Shown here in pieces: positions 44,805-64,000 of a stretch of 64,000 bases of DNA. The stretch comes from Camelus dromedarius. Taxonomy: Eukaryota. The stretch lies in NCBI RefSeq assembly GCF_036321535.1, contig NC_087451.1:45570001-45634000 (forward strand), in the 5' to 3' direction. The notes beneath the pieces were generated by a model. It did no database searches. It saw only the letters and a list, made by a program, of their open reading frames with translations, and was not told where the DNA came from. Each line of letters begins with the position of its first letter. The first letter of the stretch is position 1. A program made the position numbers and the translations under genes.

Positions 44805-45670
44805 AAAAGCTGAGCTAGAGAAAGACAAAAGGAATGAGAGATGCAGACATATAGGTTGAAGGACAGATAGAAAGAAAGATTTGTTGCATAGAAGAGACAT
44901 AGATGAAGAAAGATGGAGGGCAAGACAGAATCCTGGGCAGAAATATCAGGAAAATCTGCTATCAACGCTGAGAAGAACAAAAATCATCTAGAATTGGCTA
45001 AATGGTCATAAACATGGAGGACAAGAAAAATAGAAATAGAGGCTGACAGGAAGGGACTCCAAAGGTGACAGGTACAGACAGTCTAGACAGTGGAAGCGTG
45101 TGAGTGAATGACTAGGAGGAACCACCAGACTCGAGAGAGAGACAGAGGTAATAGTGGCTGATAGATTAGCAGAGCCAGAGGAGAGAGAGAGGAAATAGAG
45201 ACAAGGGGGATTAGTCAGGGGAGCTGAGAAGCAGAAGGACAGAAGGTGGAGGAGAGGCAGTCAATAGAAAGATTCATTGACAGAAGAAGCAGACAATATG
45301 TTGAGTTGGAGGCAGAAAGACAAAGGACAAACGGTCTCAGTGCGAAACACAGAGGCAGGGGCTGACAGGAACTGAGAGTCAGAGACTGGTAGGAAGATGA
45401 GAAGTAAGAATCAGGGATGTGAATTGACACAGAAGAATAAGGGACTGAAGAGAATCACAGAGAGAAACAAAGGGGTAGGGGGAAGGGCAGAACGATGAAA
45501 TCAACATCCAGAGGAAGGAACAGGGAGAAGACAGGAACACAGAGATGGAGAGAGGACAAACCACCATAGAGCTGGGGGGGAATGAGAGAGAGGCATTGTG
45601 GGATATCCCCATCAGAGAGTCGTTAAAACCAAGACACAAAGCAGGAAAAATGAGGAAAAAAGAATGAGGA

Positions 45671-45825
45671 GGGGGGAGGGTGTAGCTCAAGTGATAGAGC
45701 ACATGCTAAGCATACAAAAAGTCCTGGGTTCAATCCCCAGGACCTCCTTTAAAAGTAAATAAATAAGTAAACCTAATTACCTTCCCCCACCAATAAAAAT
45801 AAATTAAAGTAAAATTTTAAAAAAT
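45671..45825 (+). mobile_element. Vic-1-like SINE, first of a tandem pair
   Basis: GGGTGTAGCTCAAGTGATAGAG...GGGTTCAATCCCC with an A-rich tail, flanked by AAAGAATGAGGAG. Confidence 0.88.
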
Positions 45826-45840
45826 AAAGAATGAGGAGAG

Positions 45841-46029
45841 GGGGCAAGGGTATAGCTCAGTGGTAGAGTACATGCCTAGGATGCCTGAGGTCCTGGGTTC
45901 AACCCCCAGAACCTCCATTAAAAATAAATGAAGAACCTAATTACATCCCCCCAAAAAAAGATGAAAAATAATAAATAAAAATTTAAAAAATAGAATGGAT
46001 GGACAAACCAATTTTTAAAAATTAAAAAA
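45841..46029 (+). mobile_element. Vic-1-like SINE, second of a tandem pair
   Basis: GGGTATAGCTCAGTGGTAGAG...GGGTTCAACCCCC with an A-rich tail, followed by AAAGAATGAAGAG. Confidence 0.88.
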
Positions 46030-47084
46030 AAAGAATGAAGAGAAACTGTGACAGTTGGAAGTGAAACACAGGCAGAAAATAAGAAGAGGGTTTAAATGTA
46101 ATCAGTCTAAAACTGGAGAGGCAATGGTATAGAAGCTAAGTTAGAGAAACAAAGCAGAATGCTGTCTGAGAGTTTGTCCTTAATAGAAGTAATATCTTCA
46201 AATCTCAATTTGCTATTTTAACCAAATGCGTTGGTTAACAAGAATACTGTCTTGAGCTTTCAAAAAAAAAAAAAAAATGTGACAAACTCATGGGAGGAAT
46301 CTGTTCCCAAATTGTGTGTTGTTGTCAACGTTGGTTCATTCTAAGCCCTACAAACTTACTTGTGCTATGAATTCATGGTCTGAGTGAGTTCCCCACTTGA
46401 GAAAACTTGGTAATATCTATGAAGGGTGCCCAAGAACTTGACCATTAGGGACATATGGCTATTTCTATGGGTTAACTAGTAAAAACCATTCAGGTAGTGA
46501 TTAGGTACGTGTCGGGGTAGGACATAAGTGGACACTTGAAGAAGTTGGGATCATATAGAAATTTCCGTCACAGGGACCCAGTGAAACTTCAGAAAGGCAG
46601 GACCGGATTATGATTATGGTTGAGGAAGTGGACATCACATCAACTGGACCAGTTATAGGTGCTGTGAAACAGATATAGATGATGAGAATCAGAGGCATGG
46701 TCAACTGAGAGCCTAGAAAAGAGCAGCTCAGAAATGCAGAGGATGGCAGATGCCAATGAGTTGAATCACCCTGGCGTTGCTCTGTCAGACCTCACCATGG
46801 CCCATTGAAGTGGTCCTCAAGATTGACTCCATGCCTACCAAGCTACTGGTTGATGAATTCTTTGTCTTCTGGCACAGGGGAGGGGCTTTCCTGGATGGAG
46901 ACATTGATATTTTATAATCACCAAACTCTATCCTGATCAAAAATTAATAAATTGCTATGCAAATCATAGCATCAGTTTTTGATGAGTGTGGTTACTTTGA
47001 GTTATTTTTCTTGGCTGCAGTGGTGTCCTGATTTATAATGCAATGCTGGATTTTGGAAGGAAGCTTTGCTGTGAGAAGATCTCT

Positions 47085-47090
47085 TGGCAC

Positions 47091-47121
<31 letters not shown>

Positions 47122-47222
47122 GGTAGCAAAAGATTTTAAAGGATTTATTAGCAAAGGGAAAGTGCACCTCCAAGAACGGGAGGCAGGCTAATCCAAGGAC
47201 AGACAGCTGGCACAAACTTTTT
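47085..47222 (-). mobile_element. Short polyadenylated retroposed insertion with 15-bp TSD, donor unknown
   Basis: TGGCACAAACTTTTT at 47085-47099 and 47208-47222, poly(T) to 47121, and AATAAA (minus) at 47144-47149. Confidence 0.85.
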
Positions 47223-49629
47223 GACCTATGGAGTCTTAGAGTGTTCTAAGATCCTCTACTATCAAAAAGCAAACCCAATTTATTCAGTAGAATGGACTTA
47301 GAGCAAGAGAATGGATTCAGACAATTTAAAATAATTATCAAATGCCAAGGGTTGAAACCAAAAGAATCTTTTAGCTAAATTAATCTTGAGTTAACAAGAA
47401 AATTAAACAGAAATCTCCATAACTGAGTTGTCAAAGTTTTTTGTATGTGAAATCTGGATTTTTTTCCAGGTGAGAATTAGGAGCCCTCAATCTGCAGGAG
47501 ATTGCACAAGGGAAGTTATTCTTTAAAGAGCTGCTCCTGTATCAAAGTGTTTAGAATCATTAACTTAAAGTCATAGCATTCTAGGCTGAACATGTGTTTC
47601 ACTTCTACTGTGAGGCACCTTTTATATTTTATCCCTTTTAATCCTGCACAATACAGACTCATCCTATTTTTTAGATGAGAAAACCAAGGTAATTTACTCA
47701 AGATCACCTAGGTAGTTAGTGACAGAGCCTGAACTCAAGCCCATATATTTGTTTTATATTATACCAGCTGTGGTCATTGTCTGTTATTCTTACCTGCCTA
47801 GCAGTTCAGGGATTTACTTTTGAGAATCACTCCTCTCTCACTCCCCCGTCAATGGGCATGTGACCCAGGCCTACTAGCTAATCAGAACACCAGATCCTCT
47901 TTCTCTGAAATTAGCTCATGACGTTAGCAGAGCCTATGAGTCTCCATACCTTGACTTCTGCTAAAACTTTTGGCTGAGATGCACTGTGTGCTAACATTGT
48001 TAAGCCAGTAGGTTGAGGTAAGAGAGTTTCCCTGAGCATGAAGCCAAGACAGAAAAAGAGGTTTCAAAAGATGGAGATTTCTAGCATCGTTTAAATTTCT
48101 GGATCAAACTCAGCCTGAAGCGAGAACTTCCCCTGGACTATTCAGTTACACAATCAAAAAAACTTCCAGATTTGCTTGTGAGTAATAGTTGATTTTTTTC
48201 TCACTTGTAACAGTGAGTCTTTATTAATACATCACCTTCAAGATCATACAGTCTTATCATTTCATTTTGCAGAAAATTAAGACCTAGAATAGTTAAGCAA
48301 CTTATCCAAGCACACCCAGCTAGTTTGTGGCACAGCCAGAAATAGAATCCAGGGATCCTCCTTGTACACTATTTTGCCTCTTTTCTTTATAGGAAGACTG
48401 AAGAATGGAGAAACTTCAAGATAGACAGCTGACAACTGAAGATCAATCAGATCAGATAAATTGGCTCTGAGGTGGTATTTATGTCAGGATACTTTTTCAG
48501 TTTGAAAGCCAGGTTTCTACTCACCAAGTATTGACTTCTGCACTTTTTAGGAATGCAGTAACTATGCGGGGCAGAGGTGCCAGCTTTCCTCAGCAGACGT
48601 GAATACCACTTAGCATTGAGAGCACATTGTTTCCCTTCCTCTAAGCTGGGGGGGTAGGGGTGGGGACCGGCGACAAATCTTTACTTGCCACATCTTCCGC
48701 AGGAACCAGACACGGAAGTGATTCTCAGACTGAGTGAGCTCTTTCAACTGAGATAAAAATGCAAGCCATGTGGACTTTTGGAGTAGGAGAATGGGAGTTC
48801 ATTCTTGTAGTGAGAAATGAGGGGTCCTGCAAAGGCTCTTCCCACCTACCACCACCCAGCCCCCCCACACCAGGAAAATAATCTCTGGGGTACTATCTGA
48901 CATTCCAGAGAGAGTAAATGATTTCTTTGGGTTAAACTTTGCCCCCTCACTCTGGCCTGCCTGCCGTTGGCCTTGAAAGGACTCCTCACCTCCTTGAACT
49001 TCACTGGTTGGCACTGCTAATCTCCGGGGCTGAGAGACTGGCACAGAGGCTCTCTCTGCCCTGGATCCCAGGTCAGGGCACCACTAGGGAACAGAGAAGC
49101 CCAGGAACGGGGATGCCACAGATTCCTGCCGCAGTGCTGGCCCCGAAACAACTCTGCTAATCAGCTCTTCACCCACTCCCCTCAGCAGCTTGGCCAAACA
49201 TCCTTTTCTTCAAGCTCCTGCCCCTCCTTCCCTAACCCCAGCTCTTCCTAGAATCTAAATATTTCCACCCTGACAGCAAGCGAGAGTGAGGGGATCTAGA
49301 GATGGAGGAAGTGGGGGCAGAGAAAGAAGGGGCCGAGCCCAGGGCAACTGCAGCACCATTTCCTTGACATATATTGAATTTTATAAATTCATGTGAACTT
49401 TGCATTCTGCTTCCACATCTTCTATCTCTTTAGTATAAAATAACATTTGAAATAACTTAAAATTTGCAATATTTTATTTAAAAAATTTTTACAAAATATC
49501 AGGTGAAACTGTCAGTTTTACGATGCAGGAAGATGTGCTATGTTGTGGCTCCAACTATTACTGGTACACCCTAGTAATAATTCAGCAAGTATTCATAAAG
49601 GTCCTACTATGTGCCAGGCACTGAAAGGC

Positions 49630-51200
49630 AATGGAGCTATGTCACCAAAAATTTGAAGGCAAGGTATTTAAAACTAGAATTTGATACCCAGCCAAACAAA
49701 CCAAGTGTGAGGGCTGAATAAAGGTATCACCAGACATGCAAAGTCTAAAAAAAAATGTATCTTAGATGAACCTTTCTCAGAAAGCTACTAAAAGATACAC
49801 TCCACTAAAATGAGGGAATCAACAAAGAAAGAGGAAGACCCATTTGCAGAAAACAGGAGATCCAATATAGAAGAGGGGAAAGGAGCTCCCCAGGTCAATG
49901 GTGGTGAAAGGGGATCCTAGGAAAACAGCTGAACAAGAAGCAGAGAAGGAAACTGGGATATTCTACAGCAGGTCATGAAGCTCGGAGAAAGACTTTTGGG
50001 GTGGAAGGTAAAACTGACAGACTACCTTATATGTCTGAATATTTTAAATGATTTAAAAACTAATGAAGAGCCTGAGTAATTGGCAAAGAGTCCATAGAAA
50101 ATTAAGCAGGTGCAGCTATTAACTGTACACAAAACAAAGAGTTGCTTAGGAAAGGAAATGTAATCATTGTTTACTACTTGAGTGAGCTGCAGGTATGTGG
50201 GTACCATTTGTATAGAGAGGCATAATAAAGTTTTTGTATGTGGTTGGGTGTTTTTACACTTTAACTTCATATAAACTACCGATGGTAGGTGGGCGACAAC
50301 TGGAGGTGAGTGTGCTCAACAGGGGAGGTGAGAGAGATAATAACTTAGGGGGAAGGATGAGGGGAGGTGTAGGTTCCCGCCCTGTAGCTGGGATCCTTAG
50401 CAAGGGGGAGATGTCTGCCCAGGTGGTGGGGCTATATCTGAAGGTAAATAAATAAATAAGCATCTCAGAAGCTGGGCACTCAGTCCAATACTGCTGTGTC
50501 CTTCAAAGAAAGCTGGGGAGGGTACACTTGGTCATGGATTCTAGAGCCAGACTATTTGAATTTAAATTCCAGACTTGCCACTTGTGAGCTATGTGGTCTT
50601 GGGCAAGTAACTCGACCTCTCTGTGCCCCAGTACCCTCATCTGTGTAATGGAAGGACAATAATAGGATTATGGTGAGAAGTAAATGAATTAATATGTGTA
50701 ATGAGCTTAGACAAGTGCCTGACACAGAGTAAATGCTATATAAGGGCTAGCCAAAATTATTGCATGCACAATTATGTAAACACTAATTATTAATCTCACC
50801 AAAATTATAATATAATTGTATTAGGATAACAGGGTCATTTGAAGGGTGTACATGCATATGAGAGGCTAAGGGGAGAACTGGGTCTCCATTATCTATGGTG
50901 GAAAGTGAGTAGATAATGCTTTAAAATAAAAAGTCAAGTAGCAATACAAAATGACAATAAAAAGAAAAAAGTTTTTTTTTAGATGTAAAAAAATTGTAGC
51001 AATACAAGCTTATTAGTTGGCAATATGGAAATAGATGCCAAAATAATCAGCTGAAGTTGGTAAAAGTGGCTTCTTTCAGGAAGAGGGAAATGGAGCACAG
51101 GTGATTATTCTTTGTAACAAATCTTTGCAACAAATTCTGAGACTGTGTAATTTTGTAAAAACTAGAACTAAAAACATTAATTGTATAACTTGCTATTTAA
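49630..51200 (+). mobile_element. Degenerate HAL1/L1ME-like remnant, interrupted by a MIR (~50520-50750)
   Basis: AAACTAGAATTTGATACCCAGCCAAAC...CAGACATGCAAAGTCT...CCTTTCTCAGAAAGCTACT resembles the L1 ORF1-end/HAL1 pattern. Confidence 0.5.
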
Positions 51201-52154
51201 TGTCCATCTCCCCATCTAGAATGCAAGCTCCCAGCAGGCATAGTCTTGGTCTGGTGAACTCTCCTGATATCCAGGCTCCCTGGCGAGGCCAGCACCTGGA
51301 GGTACACATTAAACCTTTGTAGAAGGAAATCGTAAAGGGTGTATACGCTTTGGAAAGACTTCCTGCACTGAATAGGAGTTTGGACAAGATAATTTCTGAT
51401 GTCCCTGCCAATTCCATGATTCTAATCGACCTTCCTTCTCATCTCAACTTCTCTTAACCTTTTGCTCCAGTGCAAATTCTTATCTCTCATTTACGCCTGA
51501 ATTTTCAAATGAACGGTCAATTCTTATTGCCTCCATTGTTTCATGAATCTCCTTGGCAACCAGGAGTCTCCCTCTCCTATGATCTTTCTGAAACTGCTCT
51601 TCTAGGTCAGAGAATTCTTTCTTGTCAAGCTTGCATCCTTTCTCAGTCTTCTTCTACCTCTTGTATCATCTAACATGGCAGAGGGCCTCTTTTTCTTGAA
51701 GCTCTTCCTTCCTGTGGACCTCTGCCAGTGTTTCCAGGCATTCCTTCCCTGGCTTTTCCTGGCCACCTCCTGTTCCAGACCATGTATGTCTCCAGCCTTC
51801 CTCATCTGCTTTTCTGGTACTCTTTCTTCTGTGAACTGACTCTTTCTCATGGCTTTGGTCTGATGGTCTGATGGTCCAACCTCTCACCTGAGTTCCTAGA
51901 CTGCCACTTGTGTATTTCTAGCTGGAGGACTCCTTCTTCTGTATGACCCACAGTCACCTGCAAGTCCAGTTTTAAACTCCTCAAACAATGAGGAGACTGA
52001 TTTGGCTGCAATGAATGGTCCATGTTGATGGCAGCTAGCATTTGCTCTTTATATCTCTTTCTGGCTTAGTCACTTTCTGACTCAACTGAGCTTTATCAGA
52101 CTAACTCAGACAGACTATGTTTGACCATTTAAGACACCTTAAGAGAAATTCTTG

Positions 52155-52300
52155 AGGGGAGGGTATAGCTCAGTGGTAGAGTGCATGTTTAGCATGCACA
52201 AAGTCCTGGGTTCAATCCCCAGTACCTCCATTAAAAAAGAATACTAATAAATAAACCCAATTTATCCCCCCTCCAAAAGATATAAATTTAAAAAGAGACA
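52155..52300 (+). mobile_element. Vic-1-like SINE
   Basis: GGGGAGGGTATAGCTCAGTGGTAGAGTGCATG...GGGTTCAATCCCCAGTACCTCC with an A-rich tail. Confidence 0.88.
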
Positions 52301-53482
52301 GAAGAGTTCTTAATTCTTTAAACCTGAGTTTCTTCATTTGTAAATTATTTCATTTGCACAAGTGTTTTCCACTTGTGCAATTATCATCACTATCTAGTTC
52401 CAGAGTTCTAGAGTTAGAGTTTAGAAACGGGAAAAGAGTTTTGAAAAGAAAAAGCTTGGAAGTCATCAGAGAGGTCAAATTTTTGGCAAAAAGTCAAAAC
52501 TCTGGTTGGAATCCAAGACCAAATTTTGACCCAAATTTTCTCATCCACATCACCTATGCTTCTTAGCAGGAACACAGAAAATAACATAGATCTATAGTTA
52601 AGAACCTGAGCTCCAGAACCAATATTTACTGTCTCTGTGATTTGCTGTCTGTGGGGTCTTGAGCAAGTGGTTCAGCTTCTCTGAGCTTCAGTTTCTTCGT
52701 CTATAAAATGAGGCTAAATAATAACACCTCACTGAATTATTGTGACAATTAAATAAACTAATGTATATAAAGTTGGAGAGAAACTGACACATAGTTTATG
52801 CAATTAATCTTGTGCCCCAAGGCAGGTTACTCAACCTTTCCGAGTCTGGTTTTCTCATGGGGATAGTAAAATGGGGATAAAAATACCTATTTTGTAAGGT
52901 TGTTTTGAGGGTTAAATTAGCGTATTTATTTATTAACTTTTTATTTTGAAATACTTTTTAAGCTCACATGGAAGTTGCAAAAGTAGTACAGACAGCCTAA
53001 AGATAAGCATATAGATCAATGGGACAGAACTGAGAGTCCAGAAAAAACAAATGGTCAGTTGATCTTTGACAAATGGTGCTTAACAAATGGTGCTGGGACA
53101 ACTGGATATCCACATGCAAAAGAATGAAATTGAACCCCTATCTCACACCACACACAAAAATGAATGCAATGTTATAGACCTACAGGTAAGACCTAAAACT
53201 ATAAAACTCAGAAGAAAACAGGAGTACATCTTTGTTGCTTGGATTGGGCAATGAATTCTAAGGTTTGACACCAAAATCGTAAGCAGTAGAAGAGAAGATT
53301 TGATTAGTCGGACATTAGACAAATTTAAAACTTTTGTACTTCAAAGAATATCATCAAGAAAGTAAAAAGATAATCCAAAGAATGGGAGAAAATTTTTACC
53401 TATCATATGTATGACAGGGAACTTGTGTCTAGACTATATAAAGAACTCCTACAACTCAATAATAAAAAGACAGCTCAAATTT

Positions 53483-53612
53483 ATTTATCTATATTTTGAG
53501 GAGGAGGTAATTAGCTTTAAAAATTTTTTTAATGGAGATACTGGGGATTCAACGCAGGACGTTGTGCGTGCTAAGCACACACTCTACCATTGAACTATAA
53601 CCTCCCTCCCCC
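53483..53612 (-). mobile_element. Vic-1-like SINE, antisense, nested in an older L1
   Basis: Reverse complement of the same A-box/B-box SINE body, preceded by a T-rich tail. Confidence 0.85.
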
Positions 53613-53630
53613 AAAAGACAACACAATTTT

Positions 53631-53950
53631 ATTTTATTTTTTAATTTTATTGAGTTATAGTCAGTTTACAATGTTGTGTCAATTTCTGATGTACAGCAAA
53701 ATTTTTCAGTCATACATGAACATATATATATTCATTTTCATATTCTTTTTCACCATGAGCTACCACAAGATACTATATATATTCTCCTGTGCTATACAGT
53801 ATAAACTTGTTTATCTATTCTATATATACCTGTCAGTATCTACAAATCTCTATCTCCCAGTCTGTCCCTTCCCACCCCCTTTCCCCTTGGCAACCACAAG
53901 TTTGTATTCTATGTCTGTGAGTCTGTTTCTGTTTTATATTTAAGTTCGTT
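53631..53950 (-). mobile_element. 5'-truncated L1 3' end of artiodactyl type, antisense
   Basis: TTTTATTGAGTTATAGTCAGTTTACAATGTTGTG...TGTGCTATACAGTA...CAACCACAAGTTTGTATTCTATGTCTGTGAGTCTGTTTC is typical of a reversed L1 3' UTR. Confidence 0.75.
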
Positions 53951-55539
53951 AAGAAAACCCAATTTTAAAATGGGCAAAGGATCTGAAAAGACAATTCTCC
54001 AAAGGAAATACATATGTACTACAGCAAGGATGAACCTCAAAAATATGCTAAGTAAAAGAAGCCAGTTCCAAAGTGACAAAAGTCACTATTATATGATACC
54101 ATTTATATGAAATATCCAGATCAGGCAAATCTATAGAGACACAAAATAGAATAGTAGTTACCTAGGGCTGAGNNNNNNNNNNNNNNNNNNNNNNNNNNNN
54201 NNNNNNNNNNNNNNNNNNNNNNNNNNNNNNNNNNNNNNNNNNNNNNNNNNNNNNNNNNNNNNNNNNNNNNNNNNNNNNNNNNNNNNNNNNNNNNNNNNNN
54301 NNNNNNNNNNNNNNNNNNNNNNNNNNNNNNNNNNNNNNNNNNNNCACTTCTCAATAATGCTGCTTAGAAAATAGTACAGAGAGTCCCTGTGCACCCTTCA
54401 CCCACTTGAGAACTTCTTACATAACACTAGTAGGACAATCAAAACAAGGAAATTGACATTGGCACAATACTATTAACGAAAGCAGACAATATTAGAATTG
54501 TACCAGGGTTTAGAATAACGCCCAGCACATAGTGAACCTTTTACAAGTGGTAAGAACTTCACTACAATGAGGATGATAAACCTAATAAAGATGATGCTGG
54601 ACTTTCTCCTGTAGCCAGGTTGATTGGCTGGTTGTTTTCAGAACATGCCATGTTTGTTCCCGTTTCTAAACTCTAACTCTAGCAGTTACCATCACCTGGG
54701 ATTCCTTTTTCCTTCCTCTTTGTTTACCTCATCAAATCCTTCATATCCACCCATCTCCATCATATCTTTAAAAATGCTCGTCTCTCTTCTTTGAACTATA
54801 TGAACCTCCACATCAGCCAGTGTTTGTCTGGACTCTCCTTTGCTTTTTTTTTTTTTTTATCATATTCCCTTTTGAGTCCTAAATTCCCAACCAGATGGAG
54901 AGGCCGCATGGGTTACAATTCCTCCTCATTCTCCACAATAAACTTGGTGTGAGTTCAAACAAACTTATCTGTTAATTCAGATTCAAAATTGTTACCAAAA
55001 AATGGAGCAAGAGGGATGAAAAATCAAACAAGGAAGGCAGGAGATAGAGTGCAATTCAGGCAGCAAGATGAAACACAGCCAGAGGGAGTCAAGAAGCATT
55101 TACATGGTGTCTATTAAACACTCAGTAGGGTAATTATTGCCAGAGAGAGAAAAGAGGAATGGAGAGGGAGGGGGAAAAATACTGGGCAGTGTCATTTTCC
55201 AAGGCCTCTTTTATTTTTATAGGTTCATTAACTAACTCTTCCTTTATTTCTTAGACAGAGTTTAATTCCCTGCCCCAGAAATCCCATCACACTGCATTGT
55301 GAGAGCCTTTCCTTCTTGTTTATCTCCTGGCTACCCTGTGAGCTCCGGGAGGTTGATTTCTCCGTACATGCCCCCGCGTATTCCCAATCTCTGATAAAAT
55401 AGTGGGCACTCAATAAATGATGGTTGAAAGAATGAATGAATGCCATGAACAAAAGACTGAATGTCTCGGAGCTGGTACTGCACCTCAAGTCTACATTTAT
55501 GGCACCAGACACAGAATAACGTGTAAATTTTGACAAATT

Positions 55540-55872
55540 TATTGTAACTTTGGAAGCGTGGGTTTTTAGCGGCCCAACGCCAGTAGCTGCTGGAGGCCAC
55601 AGAAACCGTTTCAGAAACGTGGGAGGCGGGGCTTGCGCCTGCTCCGACCACACCCTCTAGCTTACAAATACTTCCGTCTGTGGACCCGCCCCCTCTAGCC
55701 CAAATTGTAACTCTGATTGGTAATCTCTCTGACCCGTCCGAACACATCAGCAACTATTGGGTCAACTGCTGAACCCGGGTGGCGCACTTCCTGGCTCTGG
55801 GAACGCGGAGCGGACGTAGGCTTGCCGCCATTGCGTCGCGAGAAAGCGGCCGTCTGTGTGAGGGGTTTGGGG
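55540..55872 (+). promoter_or_regulatory. PRPF8: PRPF8 CpG-island promoter and non-coding exon 1 (donor GTGCGT at 55873)
   Basis: GC boxes, ETS-like CACTTCCTGG, YY1-like GCCGCCATT and TCGCGAGA (55836-55843). Exon 2 acceptor at 56074 precedes the ATG at 56085. Confidence 0.8.
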
Positions 55873-56084
55873 GTGCGTGCCGTGCTTTAAGGGCCGGGCA
55901 GCGGGAGGCACAGGGGTCCGGATTGAGCGGCCGGAGGGATCGGGCGGGGCTGGGCGCACTCTGAGCCAGGCGGGACTGCAGGCCGGGTGTCTCGACGTGT
56001 TCCTGCTGCGACTCTTGCGGGCCCAGGCCCTGGCCCTGTTCGTCGTTAATTTTTTTCTTCCGTCGCTCCTCAGATTCTCCGGGC

Positions 56085-64000
<7,916 letters not shown>

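Larger units (their letters stand above)
52990..54172 (+). mobile_element. Old L1 ORF2/3' remnant interrupted by two younger insertions
   Basis: ATAGATCAATGGGACAGA..., GGTGCTGGGACAACTGGATATCCACATGCAAAAGAATGAA and AAATGGGCAAAGGATCTGA are conserved L1 ORF2 signatures. Confidence 0.8.

Overview
Mammalian genomic DNA with spliced genes. It is probably from a camelid, inferred from several Vic-1-like tRNA-derived SINEs. The window holds the conserved PRPF8-TLCD2-MIR22HG-WDR81-SERPINF2-SERPINF1 block, in the opposite orientation to the human reference. Minus strand: SERPINF1/PEDF (exons 1-3, continues past the left edge), complete SERPINF2 (491 aa) and complete WDR81 (10 coding exons, 1941 aa). Plus strand: MIR22HG (the miR-22 hairpin is inferred to lie inside an N-gap), complete TLCD2 (264 aa) and PRPF8 exons 1-20 (continues past the right edge). 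All listed exon boundaries were read from GT/AG dinucleotides and checked for reading frame. Intergenic and intronic DNA is rich in L1, L2, MIR, hAT and SINE remnants; family names come from pattern recall, not a database search. I see no new multi-gene system. The most interesting signals are an orphan polyadenylated retroposed fragment with target-site duplications, repeated reuse of single retrotransposition target sites, loss of the FAP cleavage site and RGD motif in alpha-2-antiplasmin, and a complex WDR81/MIR22HG promoter and isoform architecture.
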